A stretch of DNA of 64,000 nucleotides. Source: Octopus sinensis (Eukaryota). This document shows, in pieces, positions 13,747-27,430 of the stretch (position 1 is its first letter; each line of letters starts with the position of its first letter). The stretch covers positions 77,500,001-77,564,000 of the forward strand of contig NC_043000.1 in assembly GCF_006345805.1 (NCBI RefSeq), in the 5' to 3' direction. Below the pieces are notes generated by a model, which worked only from the letters and a program-made list of their open reading frames with translations, did not search any database and had not been told where the DNA came from. Both the position numbers and the translations under genes were made by a program.

Positions 13747-14475
13747 GGAAGTATGTAGACTATTATGGCATTCACAAGACAATTTAGTCAGCAGGGTTTG
13801 ATATTTACAGAGTGCTTATGAAGTATTCGCCTCGACTGTCTCCCTTTTCTCTTCATTTTATGTATACACACACACGCACACACACACATATATATATGAA
13901 ACTTAAAGTTATGAGAAGCTATTAATACACAACACACGCATACGTAAATACATACATACGCATACACAGATAAACTAAAACATTATGTACACAGTAAGTT
14001 ATGAGTTTTAAGAGATTTTAATAGTAGTTTCGCTTGTTTTTTTTTTCATAATTTCCCCTCAATTCCCAATGGTGAATTCTAATAATCACTGTATTTAATG
14101 ACTTTCATCAGGTTGTTATTGTTGTTATTGATATTGATGTTGTTCATATTGTTTGTCGGTATTGTATACTGTTGTTTTTACAGCATCATGCTGATATCTC
14201 TTGTTGTTGCTGTTGTTTATTCCAGTGTCTGGTTCAGATTTGAAAGGGCTCAGGCCATTACCGAATTCACTGTCTCCGACATTGTTAGGGCGGTGGAAAT
14301 TCTAGTTTAAATGCTTGTAACGATACGGACTTCACTAAAGATACCCACTGGTTACAAGGGATAGTAAACAGGGGTGAGTGGTGCTTGTGGTAGTTAAGTA
14401 ATTTTGTCTGTGTCTATGTGTGCATATGTATCGTTACCCTTTACTTCTGCCACACACAAATACGCACACTACTCC

Positions 14476-14479
<4 letters not shown>

Positions 14480-14541
<62 letters not shown>
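14480..14541. repeat. (TATC)n microsatellite
   Basis: Direct reading. Confidence 0.95.
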
Positions 14542-15652
14542 CGGGTACTAACGCCACCCCGGCCCAGAAGTTTTCATGATTGCACAGGAAGAATCCACCC
14601 ATAGGATTTTGCCCACGCGGTTCAAGTTTTGGCTGAAAAAATGAAGTCAGACACATTTTGAACGCAACTCGTGTGTGTGTGTCTATATGCATGTGATTGT
14701 GTGTGTGTATATATGTAAATATATGCGTAAAAATACATATGTATATGTCAGTATATGCACATGCGTACTTACATACATACACACACAAACACATACACAC
14801 ACCTTATATATATATATATATATTATATATATATATATATATCAATACATATACGGTGCAAAGTGTGTTTATGCGAGAAGCAATTAATGTTTCAGTATTA
14901 TGGAAATTTTCTAAGTTTCATTTCATTTCTGGCACTAATTCCCCAAACGGCTTTTCTATCATTTTTCTTCTGTCAGTTCTTGTAATGTTTTTAACCAAAA
15001 TTTTGGATTGGTCTATTTTTTACTCCAGTAACTTTATTGAATTCATTTTGGGAAATAATACGATTGACTGGTAAACAGTATTGATTATAATCAATATGTA
15101 TAAATCACAACAGTTACCACAAAGCCAGGTATAAATTCTGTTTAGACACATTACAACGTCTGGTTTATTGCTTTCTACATAAATACTATGACACAAACTC
15201 TATTGTTGTCTCACGAAAGTACGATGACTGTTGTCCACATAAACACCACTTTACTAGGTGAATTGGTGCCTATATAAACACGAAAATACTATGCCTATTT
15301 TATAAATAAATACCAAAATACCAATTATATTGTTAACCACAGAAACTCGCAAACATCATGACTAATGTGGTGTACATCAAAAGCAGTTTTCCAGGTATAA
15401 TGTTGTTTACATCAATACCAGTTGTCATGTTTATTGTGTATATAAGATATCTCATTTGTTGTTTATATAAACACCAAAATATTAGGTGTGTTGTCGTCTG
15501 TGTAGACACATGTAAGTAGATTCAACATTCCCGACAACAACACCAGCAACACCGTCTGTAACAACAACAGCGAAACCCCAAGATCCCAGAGACATCACTG
15601 ATGATCCATCAGAGCGTCTGTGAAATCTATCTTGGAAATACGTTGTTCGTTT

Positions 15653-15707
<55 letters not shown>

Positions 15708-15713
15708 CGTGCG

Positions 15714-15745
<32 letters not shown>

Positions 15746-16539
15746 ATATAGTAGTGAACAGACAAACGAAATACAGCTATAGATATGATTTAATAAAATT
15801 TGACTCAACTTCGTGCAACTGAAAGTTGCATCGGGTCGTAGAACGTTTCATTGGGTCGTAGAAAACCTGAAGTGAATCCAAAGAGTAGGGACCCGTGAGT
15901 AACTGGTAAAGAGATTTCCTTTCCGTAGCATCCTTCTGACAATCTCTGTAACCTTACTCGATTTTCAGATATGATGACACTGATTCATTTGTAATTAATG
16001 GGTGTTGCCAAAAGAGGTGATGCGATGACTTGGCGCGGTATAATTCTCTAATTACAGTAAACCCTGCGCAAGCAATTTCATAATTACTGTAACATCCAGT
16101 CAATGACACTCTATTTATACATAGGCAGTATGAAACCAACACACGAGAGATGAATTATAAGTCGCAAATTGAGAATGTAATGGTATAACTCCGATGGTGG
16201 AAGAACTTTTCAGCTGCTCTGATTACCTCAAACTGGGAAAGCCTCAACCAGGAAGTAGCTAATTTGTTACGTTTGTTTACTCAGTAAAGTGTATAGAGTT
16301 AGATGAAAAATTAAAATGCAGACGTAAATTAAACACCAGTTCAATTGAAACTAAAAAAGAAAAAAAAAATCAACCTCGCTTATGTTGAGGACCGGAAATG
16401 TGAGAACAGTGTGTACGGTATTTGACAGAATTGATTTGCAACAAACTGCTAGCAAAGGAAAAAACATCATTGATTATCACTGAAATCTCTAAAATTAGAC
16501 ATTTCCACCTTGTATGTACAAGCTATCTGATTCTGGGTC

Positions 16540-17540
16540 TCTAAAAGAGCAGTATTACACATTTTACTTGCAAAGGTACAGACATGAAGCGAGCCGCATA
16601 CATGGCGTTGGTTTTGCAGTCAGTAATAATCTACTTAACTTATAAATAGACCTAAGGGAGAGAATGCGTACAACCTCTTCGTAAAATTAAACATTTAGTC
16701 AGGTTCCCGCAAACGTTATTAGTGTAAATGTCCTTATGAGGTTTAACAGAGATTGGTAAACAACATACTAGCAGGAGAACAATTCTATATTTTGGGCGAT
16801 TTCAATGTTCGAGCGAGATCCGGTTACAAGAATTAGTCTCTTTGCTTAAGATTGTGTGGAGTTGGTAAGATTAACAAAATCAGGCAGCGGCAACTAGAAT
16901 TCTGCACTCATAAATCCTTCAGTGTAACAAACATTTTACAACATTAAAAAATGGTATAAAGCTTTTTGGCATCAGCTGTTAGCTTAGATCTGCAGCAAGC
17001 CATTGACAACAGTTGAATCTCGTGCAATAACGCAGGTGCTGTATCACAATGTTGTCTGTGACACGGACTACGTCTTTATTATTGCCAACATCAAAGCAGT
17101 GACACAGAAATTTCAGTCAGGCAAGCAACGACGGAAGCCGAAATTAAATACCAGAAACATAGGAAATATAGAATTGAACTGCTTTCGGCAAACAGAATGC
17201 AGAGCAGGAATCAGCTTGTACGAACTACATTTTTCTTTTTTCGTTTATGAAATCCTGAATATCTTAAGGCGGTAATGCATGACACAGCTTTCAAAATATT
17301 TGGGTCAACAGGGCATTCCAAGTGGGCTGATTTGAAAAAATTGCGTTTCTACTCTTGGGAAAGAGAAAAATCCTGTTGAATTACAAGAAACCGATGAGAC
17401 GGTATTGGATTTAGTTTTAAATATTTGCACTTTCATTGTAGTTGAAAGGTTGGAAGGATTTCTAACTATATAACATCTGTGCCTAGAGAATAAACAGAAA
17501 AATATTGTAGTGTGTGGTAGCATAAACGTAATTAACAACG
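16540..17540 (+). pseudogene. RTE-clade LINE, AP-endonuclease region, decayed
   Basis: GSLKEQYYTFY..HGVGFAVSNNLL and YILGDFNVR..GVGKIN...QRQLEFC are typical RTE endonuclease motifs. Many stops. Confidence 0.7.
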
Positions 17541-17704
17541 TCGTTGCAGTCTTCCAGAGATTTCTCAGAATTACTTATTACATAAGCTCAAATGTGCGTT
17601 TTCTAATATTTGATAAGATAGATGCATCGAAACCGGTTATATTTTATTAAACATTCCCTGCAATATACTTTTGTGCCTTTCTCAATTTTATTTACCTTTT
17701 TAAC

Positions 17705-17752
<48 letters not shown>

Positions 17753-17753
17753 C

Positions 17754-18365
17754 CTTGTCCAAAATTTCGAATCCGGGTTTGTCCCCGTTAACGGGGGTGG
17801 CCGGATCTACCTCACTCCTGCAACAGCTGCTCTCACACCATCTCACCATCTCGCCCGGTTTTAGGCGTTCTCCCTCCGCAAGACAATCCTCCCAATCTCT
17901 TCCTCCACCTATCCCCTCCAGGTTTTCTTTGATCGATCTTGCTTTCGCGGTTCATTCACTCTAAACTCAAGCACTCTCCTTACAACATGATCCTCATTCC
18001 TCCTCAACACATGTCCATACCAACCCACTCCATTCGCCCTTGCCAGCTGTTACACCAATTTCTTCAACCCCAGCATCCCCATAAAGTCCTCAGCTTTTCT
18101 TTTTACCAATGGTTTCACACCACACATTGCTCTCACCATTACTCTCTCGGTCCTTCTCAAAATTGCCATTTCACTTTCCCTCAGACACGATGTCTCACTC
18201 CCATACAGCATTGCAGATATCAGGCAACTCCGATAAACCTTTCCTTTCATCTTCAAGGAGAACCTTTTCCCATATAATAATGCTCTACAGTCCCTGAACT
18301 TCACCCAGCCAAGTCTCGCTCTTGCTGTCACAGCTGCTTCACATCCACCACTTACATCCACTGTG
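17754..18365 (-). pseudogene. RTE-like LINE, 3' fragment (post-RT region)
   Basis: ARARLGWVKFR..LLYGKRFSLKMKGKVYRSCLISAMLYGSET..ILRRTERVMVRAMCGV (ORF 18050-18436). Confidence 0.85.
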
Positions 18366-18726
18366 CCTATAATATTTTTAGGGCCTCCTAAATCGGAGTG
18401 GGATGAGGGAAAATGTAGAATAAACCACAAGTCCATGATTTACTACATCGAGAAATAGTGCACCTTCATACTTATCATCAGACCCCTATCCAGAGACCTT
18501 GTGGATTCCGCTAAAAGTCGCCCCAAAAGGCCAAGTGGTAGTGATAAATCGAGCAACGGATTAAAAATACCACTGCAAAGCAGATGTTGACTATCAGTAC
18601 CTATAATACTTTCGCAAAAAGAAAAGAAATGTAATTTGGCCCTACATCTCGCACCGTGGAGTCTAATGTTAAACCATGAAAAGATTTTGTTTACTATTTT
18701 CTGAGATTTTTCCATATCTCTATTGT

Positions 18727-18778
<52 letters not shown>

Positions 18779-18829
18779 TGTGTGTGTGTGTGTGTGTGCG
18801 CGTGCGCGCGTATGCATACATATATAAAT

Positions 18830-19050
18830 ACATACAAACATACACACATACGTATATATGTTTGTCCACACCACCGATTGACAACTGGTGTTGGTTTGTT
18901 TACATCTGCATAACTTCGATTCGACAAAAAAGTTTGATAGAATAAGTACCAGGCTTAAAATAAGACAAAAAAGTACCGATTTGTTCCATTAAAACCCAAA
19001 AAGGCGGTATCTTAATATATCTGCAGTCGAGTGACTGAAATACGTTAAAG
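18830..19050 (+). mobile_element. tRNA-derived SINE, 3' half (same family as 27431-27838)
   Basis: ttgacaactggtgttgg...gatagaataagtacc...gcagtc.agtgactgaaa matches the reverse complement of the 27.4-kb copy. Confidence 0.6.
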
Positions 19051-19073
19051 AAATATATATATATATATATATC

Positions 19074-19195
19074 ATTGTGATCACCGTGACCAACTAGGCT
19101 ATCAGATGTTGCTACACATCGCTGGTCACAATGCGTTTCGCATGGTTTTAGCCTTCGAATGACGCCACCCCGCTGGCTAAGCGAGCAAGCCAAAA
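19074..19195 (-). mobile_element. SINE 3' half (same family as 53073-53385)
   Basis: The reverse complement matches ggcctgctcgcttag.cagcggggtg.cgtcattc.aaggctaaaac.atgcgaa.cgcattgtgaccagcgatgtg. Confidence 0.75.
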
Positions 19196-19237
19196 CATAT
19201 ATATATGTGTGTATATATATTTATACACACACACACG

Positions 19238-19307
<70 letters not shown>

Positions 19308-19378
19308 GTGTGTGTGTGTGTGTGTGTATGTATAAATATATATATATATATATTATATATATATATTATATATATATA

Positions 19379-20637
19379 CAGGGGTTGGACAAAATAATGG
19401 AAACACCTAGCAACATAGCATCATGATTTTGAAATATCTATAAAACCGTCAATAGCTTGTTTTTTTAATGAATTTGATTTGTTATTAGTGTTGCTTAATA
19501 TGTTTTGATAAAATTGCTGTTTCTTTTCAGATATCATCAGAAAAAGGTAATTAAAATTCACTAAAATGACATCTATCGGTCTTTCAAAGAGGTCAAATTG
19601 TTGGTGTTCGTATGGCAGATGTTAGGGTAACAAAAATAGCCGAAATGTTTGGTGTATCAAGAAGTACTGTCTCAAAAATAATGACAGCCTTTGAGAAAAA
19701 GGGAAAAATCTCCTCGTCAAAACAAAACTCTGGAAGAAAACTAAAACTTTCAGATAGGGACTCTCAGACTCTTACACGAATTCTTAGAAAGGATCACAAA
19801 ATTACAGCTCCCAAAATTACTGCAACCCAGTTTCCATAAAAACTGTTCGCCGGGAGTCGTACAAAGCCAGATTTCACGGGAGAGCTGCAATTAGAAAAAT
19901 ACTATTTTCAAAAACAGAAGTTGCAAAGTGTTTTGAGTGGAGTAAAAACCTACAGAATTGGTCCCTGAAACAATGGAAGAATGTTGTTTTCTCGGACGAG
20001 TCATTCTTTACCTTATTTCTGATCACCGGCCGAGTATATGTGTGGAGACAGCCAACAGAAGCATTTGACCTAGACTGCCTTTTTCCAAATGTTAAACATG
20101 GAGGAGGATTTGTGATGAACTGGTGGTGGTACTGGGGGGCTATATCTTGGAAATCCGCCAGCTCAATGGTTTCCCTTCATGGCAGAATTAATAGTCAAGA
20201 CTATTTAAGCATTTTGTCTGATCAAATTCATCTCATGGTTGCGGAACTGTTTCCAAAGGAAAACGCAATCTTTCAGGATGATAATGCACCAATTCACACA
20301 GCTAAAGTTATTACCGAATAGCACGAAGAACATTCTAGTGAAGTTGAACATCTTATCTGGCCACCACAGACCCCCAAATCTCAATATTATTGAACATTTA
20401 CGGTGCATTTTAGAAAAACATGTAAGGAGTGATATCCTCCACCATCATCATTACAAGAACATGAGATTGTTTTAGCTGAAGAATGGACAAAAATTCTTTT
20501 GGAAACAATTCAAACTTTGTACGAGTCCAAATCTCGTAGAATTCAAGTTGTAATTACTGCCAAAGGCGGTTCTACCTTATATTGAAATAAATTTGTCTGA
20601 AATTTGAATGTGTTTCCATTATTTTGTTCAACCTCTG
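19379..20637 (+). mobile_element. Tc1-like DNA transposon (DD34E), near full length, transposase pseudogene
   Basis: TIRs CAGGGGTTGGACAAAATAATGGAAACAC / GTGTTTCCATTATTTTGTTCAACCTCTG lie in TA context. HTH region FGVSRSTVSKIM, VVFSDES, FQDDNAPIH and NIIEHL are present with frameshifts. Confidence 0.93.
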
Positions 20638-20649
20638 ATATATATATAT

Positions 20650-20864
20650 ATATTTCATTGTTTCAGTTATAGGACTGTTGCTATGCTGGGGCAACACCTT
20701 GAAGAATTTTAGTCGAGTTAATCGACTGCAGTACTTATTTTTTCTTAAGCATAACACTTATTCTATCGGTCGCTTATGCCGAAACGCCAAATTATGAAAA
20801 CGTAACTAAACCAATAGCAGTTGTCAAGCGGTGGTAGGGTCCATACACAGACAGGAAGACACTT

Positions 20865-20942
<78 letters not shown>

Positions 20943-21085
20943 GCACACATATCTGTCTGTATAAAACGGGTTTCTTTCACTTTCTGTCCGCCAAATCCTC
21001 TCACAAGGCTTTGGTTGGCCCGGGGATATAGGAAATACATCTGTCCAATATGTCATGCAATCGGACTATGTGATTGGGAAGCTCT
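20650..21085 (-). mobile_element. tRNA-derived SINE, decayed, with internal (CA)n expansion
   Basis: Shares cagtttcagt..gactg..gc.atgctgg, ttctatcggtc, gttgtcaagc and cacaaggctttggttggccc with the 27.4-kb copy. Confidence 0.7.
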
Positions 21086-21689
21086 ATTTGTGTATCCTAT
21101 AACTACACAAATCTTGTTTCTCTTTCTGAAAACTTACAACAATAACATAAGCAATTAACGTAACGAAGAGAAATTAAGCGCAGATTTCCATAAATAACTA
21201 AGAAACAAGATATTTATAAGGCAAAACCCTTATTGAATTTTCTCATTATTAATCTCTCCCCATCAACACTTCCATCACAGAATATAAGAAACCAAAAGTG
21301 AAATTACCTTTCATGCACAGACATGATCAGCGCCCCTGATCTTTTCCTATAAAATCAACTAAACTGAAGGACAATTTAATACATTCATGACGTCAATGCA
21401 AGTTTGCTTAACGCGTGCTGGTAATTAATTATATTTCCTGCATTATTAGGAAAATGCTTCATGATGTCATTACATAATTTTGTATATTACAAGTATTACA
21501 AGTGCGAAATTAGGAGTATATGTATATAAGTGTACGTATGTGTCCGTGTTGGTGGAGACAATGTGTTAAGTGGTTTTAGGGGACAGTAAATGTGGTGGTG
21601 AATGTAGTGTTGGTGGAGGTAGGCGAGGTAGTGGTTGTAGTGATGATGATGATTTTAGTGACGTCTTTTCTCGAGGTGGTGTCTCTGCT

Positions 21690-21732
<43 letters not shown>

Positions 21733-21799
21733 ATCTGCTGCTGCCGCTGTTGGGGCAGTAGTAGCGGCAGGTAATGTTGGTGTTAGTTCAATAATGCGT

Positions 21800-22481
21800 T
21801 GTTGAATTAGGAAGTCCATTCTCATTCCAATGGCCACTCCCGAGATCTGTTGGTAAAATTCACACGCGAACGCGAAGCAGTTGAGAGAGAACAAGTTCGG
21901 CCAGTGGAAGAAGAGTGAACATATCAGGTTGGGGGTTGGGTTGAAGGTCTAGGAAGTGCTTGAGGACAAAAAATCCTTCGTTATGTGGGATCACCGTATA
22001 TAGACTCTTGATATAAAGAGTGAAGAGAAGTTTAGTGGGTGCAGGTTGGAAGGAAAAGGAGTTAAAAAGACGGAGAGCATGTTTAGTGTCGTGGTTGTGA
22101 GAGGGGAAGGAAATCACTAGGGGGAAAGGACACGGTGGAGATATTTCAAGATCATTTCCATGAGACAGTTACAGGCGGAAATGATTCGGCAGCCAGGGTT
22201 GCTGGGCTTGTGGAATTGGGGAAGGAAGTAAATGTTAGGGGTACGTGGAGTGCGTACAATCAGATTGAGACAGGGGGGTGGTGGAGACGGGAGGAGGAGA
22301 TGAGGTCATGTATAGTGGAGGACACAGTCTGTTGGTTGGTAGGCATGGGGTTGGAGGGAAGAGGGCAATAGAAGGAGGTGTCTTGAGGTTGGCGGAGAGC
22401 ATCAGCCTTGTAGAGGTCTGTGCCCCACACCACCACGGCACCACCATTGTCGGCCGGTTTTATGATAATGTCTTTGCGCCG
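21800..22481 (-). pseudogene. PLE RT fragment (family of the 55.8-kb element)
   Basis: RRKDIIIKPADNGGAVVVW, LFTLYIKSLYTVIPHNEG, LAELVLS and YQQISGVAIGMRM. Confidence 0.88.
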
Positions 22482-24240
22482 TTAGAGACATTGGAAAAAT
22501 TCCCAAATGACATTCCTGACAGAATCGGAAAAGAATTCATCGTTGAAGGAATAAAATTCATCCTACAGAACAACTTATTCAATTTCAACGAAAACACTTA
22601 TAGACAAAAATCGGGCACGGCGATGGGAACGAGGGTAGCGCCTACTTGGAAGTCCAAATATGCAAACACACTAGATTGAAATTTGGAGACAACTTCCAAA
22701 AATACTTACTCACCAACTGGAAACGCTACCTGGATGACTGTTTCATCCTGTGGCCACATAACCTTGAAAAACTCTCAAAATTTAAAAACTTAATCAACTA
22801 CCCTCCCTGGACATCTTAATAATACAGAGAAATACTGAAATTGAAACCGACGTCTTCAAACCAACGAACTCAAAACAATATTTTCTATTCTCCTCTTGCC
22901 ACCCAAATCACACTAAAATAAATATACTGTTCAACTAAGCTAGAAGAATTTGCACGATGGCATAAAATCCCGAAACCCGAGAAAAGCGACTCCAAGAACT
23001 TAAAAACACATTACTAGATAGAAAATACCCAGCCAGTCTAATCAAAAATGGAATAGAACCTGCAAAAATGATAGACATCCAAGAGTTGCGGAAAACAAGA
23101 AAACACCATGACACACTTAAAACTCTATTTTACATATCAACACACAATCCAAGAAACATAGGAGCATACAACATCATCCACCAAAATATACTCCTCCTTA
23201 TGAAGGACCAACGAATGAAAAAGGCACTAGAAACACATAGGATTATTAAAAGCAAGAGGCAACTGCAATCAGTAAAAAAAATACTCACCAGCGCCGAATT
23301 ACCCACCAAAAGTACAACCCCACAAGTCAAAAGGTGCAGCCGCCCTCACTGCAGAACTTGTATCTTCCTCTTAGAGGGCTCCACATACAAATTTAAGTCA
23401 GGTCAAAATTTTACCATAAAATATGACTTCACCTGTGCTTCGAAGAACTAAATCTATGTTCTTAACTGTGGAGGTTGTGGTGGTGACTACATTGGTCAAA
23501 CAAGCTTAACTTTGAGGGATAGACTTACGGTGCACAAGCAACAAATCCGGGACCCCACCACTAGGAAAATTCCCGTAAGCAAGCACCTTGACCAATACCC
23601 CGTGAACATAAACCCTAAATACTAAATCTTCCCTCTCTATCAATACACTGGAAACATTTCAACCCAATTCCGTTTAAATGAGGAAAACATACTGATTAAA
23701 AAATATAAACCACAGCTAAATATCCTTTAGAAAGAAGAAAAAAAACAGTAAAAAGAAAAGAAAAAGATTAAAAAAGAAACAACCAGGAACAACAACAAAA
23801 ATTTCTGAAAACTTGGGTAACAATCTTCCACCCGGGTTCCGAAACCGCAGCACCAAATCACCATACAAACATCAACTGCTGACGTCATCCACCTCCAGTC
23901 CAATGAAATTCTATAATCACTCGTTGTTGACGTCACCTAACTACAGACCAATCAAAACTGAACTTCAGCGAATACAACGAAATAACCCTTTAGGAAAACC
24001 AACCAACCGGAACGACTTATGACCATATCCACAAGGAAACCAACCACGCAGAACGACAAGTTTGACCACGGAAAAAAGTCACCAGAATCTTAACGAATCA
24101 AAAATCAGATCCGTTCGCGGAAAAAAAAATTATAAATTCATCTGATCCCAAAACACACAACAAGCGAAACCGTCTATTAGAAGAGGATCAGAAAAACTGT
24201 AAACTGTAAACCAAATTTCGACTTTTTATAATATTTTCAC
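22482..24240 (+). mobile_element. 5'-truncated PLE (RT C-half, thumb, GIY-YIG), decayed, with 3' UTR
   Basis: YRQKSGTAMGTRVAP, WKRYLDDCFILW, KPTNSKQY..SCHP, linker CSRPHCRTC, IYVLNCGGCGGDYIGQT and KYKPQLN (stop at 23730). Confidence 0.9.
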
Positions 24241-24634
24241 TTCACACTTGTTTTTTTCAGTATGACTTGTCGACTACCACTAAAATTAATGAACTTTGTA
24301 CATTCAAGTAAATTGATATACAGTTTTAATTGTATTGACTGCTATGAACATTCAAACTTACACCTTCTGTTTTGAGCAAGTTAATTTATCAACATTGAAA
24401 CATTTTAATTTGTCAATATTGAAACTTTTAAAGATGTTTTTTTCTAATTTTAAACTTTTGCCATTGATAAACAAAAAAATATTGTTGAAATTAGTTTGGT
24501 ATATATGTAAATAAATGTATCTTAAACTTTTACGAGTTTTTGAACTGTAGGTGCATTTTCAACAACACATTTTCCTATATTTTTTCCTGCGTGGAAACAC
24601 CAGCTCCTCTTTTATTATACATGCATACATACAT

Positions 24635-24708
<74 letters not shown>

Positions 24709-24922
24709 AAATAAGAAAATGGAGAAATACATCGAAATCAAATATCAATTACCAGATAATACTCAACCACATACTTTATTAAACCACCACATAAGAAACT
24801 ATAAGGTTAAACATAATAATGTAGGGTAAAACAGTGTACATAAAATAGTAATGTTATACAATAAGTAGAATACGTATAATAGAAAATAAATATAAGTACA
24901 CATAAATATAAATATAGACTAT

Positions 24923-25037
24923 ATCTTACAGCTGTTTCGGCCATGTCTCATTTAACTTATATTAGCCATTTATTGTCGCTCAATATGTAGTTATAAATGA
25001 GACATTTACAAAAACATCCTAAGGCCACTTCGGAGAT
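24923..25037 (-). ncRNA. Hammerhead-like motif with long stem II and variant core
   Basis: AUCU-CCGAAGU-GGCC...AUGUCUCAUUUA...UAAAUGAGACAU-GGCC-GAAA-C-AGCU-GUA-AGAU. Stems I, II and III all close and the stem III loop is palindromic. Confidence 0.6.
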
Positions 25038-25077
25038 TACAAATTAGATTACATACATACTTATATAGGTGTGGGTA

Positions 25078-25670
25078 CATCATTCATCATCATTGTTCGA
25101 CTGTGGTCGAGACAATGGAATTTACTATGTTACGCCAGACTTCACGGTCCATCATAGCATTACGGAGGTCCTGTTGCTGGATGCCTGTATCCCTGGAGAT
25201 TACATCAGGGTAGGAGAGTGTGTGCCCTCTGGTATTGCGAGTAGATGGCTTCCAGAGGAGAAGAGTAGAAATTACTTCTTTTTCAGCTCTACAACAATGT
25301 CCAGCAAACTGGACTCTCCTGCCTTTCACAAGAGATGACACAGGTGGTAGTTTCCCATATATTTGCATTTTGGTTGGATGGCGCTTCCACGAGAGATTTT
25401 GAGCTCTCATAAGGAGGCGAGTGTAGGTTCCATCCAACCGCCTCTCAAGCTTCTTTGATAACGTCCAGGTTTCTGAGCCATATAGTAGAATTGGTTCGAC
25501 TGTGGCTTTGAATATTTCAAGTTTGAAGTCTCTACATAGATTTGATGACCAGATCTTATGCATGTCATTACAGGCTGACCAGGCCATACCCTTTCTAGTT
25601 AGAAAGTCTTTTCCAGATGATGATATGTATGACCCAAGATATTTATAATCAGAAACCATATTTAAAGGCG
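25078..25670 (-). pseudogene. RTE-like (RTE-X-type) LINE 3' fragment with (TGA)n-like tail; frame still open
   Basis: DYKYLGSYI..TRKGMAWSAC..KIW..FKATVEPILLYGSETWTL..RLDGTYTRLL..FAGHC (ORF 25090-25722). The tail gatgatgaatgatg follows the stop. Confidence 0.88.
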
Positions 25671-26344
25671 CACTGTGGGTACATACCCATAATAAAACAT
25701 ATACATATACATATGAGTGCATATACTCATACTCCTATACATATAAATATACATATACATAATGATATAAATAATATAAATTAATAAACATACATATGCT
25801 CCACATTCAATGTTACAGTTTATCAACTTAATGTTGTGATAATTACAATGTAGAAAAACATACACATATTAATACCTAAATGCAGATATAGAGAGTCAAG
25901 ATTACATTCTATTAGTTCTTATTAATTTCCAAAATGTCATTAATGCTAGCATCATTATCGTTGTCGTTACCACTAATGCTACCAATATCATCATTCATAT
26001 TATTATTAATAACGCTAATACTAGAGAAACAATACATAAATTTCATTATTAGCAATATAGTCACAATAGTATTACAATACCATGCAAAGTGTTAGATATC
26101 CGCATATACATACGAAATATGAAGTACCAGCATTCTGTTTATACCACATTAAGATCCACAGGTGCACATATGTAAGTCCGATTTTAAGTTTATAATTTTC
26201 CTTGTGACATAAATACACTATTATTTCAGAAATAATTACGGATCTAGCGCTAAATTATGATTAGCCTGTGGATTTGAATTTAAATTACCATTGTCTTTCC
26301 TACGGTTGGTTTGTTGATAGCTTTAGGTTTCTACTACACTAGCA

Positions 26345-26847
26345 TAGGCAAGGGAAAAACTATACCAACATTTGTACACACACGCGCACACACATACACG
26401 CGCACATCCGCACATATACATATACATATATACTCTCATGCACCATGTCTGAAAACATTCGCATATACTTATATACACATTCAAATATGCATTTGTGTCC
26501 TCATACGCATAAGAAAAACATATACATATATATCCAACCATGAATATACATATCCATACAAAAACATACATACACATGTATATACATATGAATACATTCC
26601 AACATATCCACATATATTTACTAAGTTACAAATCATATGTCTGTCATCGAGTGGCGTATAGATAAGCCAGCGCAGGCAGGGAAAGCTATAGCAGCGTTTA
26701 TACACTCACACACACACTCACGCGCACATCCGCACATATGTATAAACATTAATACACTCCCATATACTGTCTGAAGACATTCGCATATACATATATACAC
26801 ATTCAAATATATACATGCGCACCCATACGTATAAGAAATATATATAC

Positions 26848-26892
<45 letters not shown>

Positions 26893-27215
26893 TCCACCCA
26901 TGAATACACATATACATACAAAAACATACATACACATATATATATACACATATGGACACATTTCGACTCATAAACATTAATACATTTTCATGTACTGTGT
27001 TTGCAAATATTCGCATAAACATATATACATATTCAAATACGTACTTGCGTACTCATATGCATGATAACAACATATACCCTTATATCCATCTATGAACATA
27101 TATATCCATACAAACACATACACATACATATATATATGAACACATTTCGACATTTCTACCTATATTTACTAAATTACAAGATATATGACTGTCCATCAAA
27201 GGACGTATACATGCA
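26345..27215. repeat. About 320-330-bp composite tandem repeat, 2.5-3 units
   Basis: Recurrent ggc(a)gggaaa.ctata, cgcgcacatccgcacatat, acattcgcatatac and atttactaa(g/a)ttacaa blocks. Confidence 0.75.
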
Positions 27216-27320
27216 TACACAATAAGTAAGCAGAAATTACTATTAATTAAGATATGAGTAAATTAATTATAAATTAATAAGTGCCAACAAAAAAAGAATG
27301 AATGAATAAATAAATAAATG

Positions 27321-27390
<70 letters not shown>

Positions 27391-27430
27391 GTATATATAT
27401 ATATATATGTATGTATGTGTATATATATAT

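Noticed and set aside
24150-24195. Expected hammerhead in the 3' UTR of the 22.5-kb PLE (CUGAUCC...GCGAAACCGUC)
   Set aside because: The core is broken and the CUGAUCC segment pairs better with downstream GGAUCAG. It is too decayed to call.
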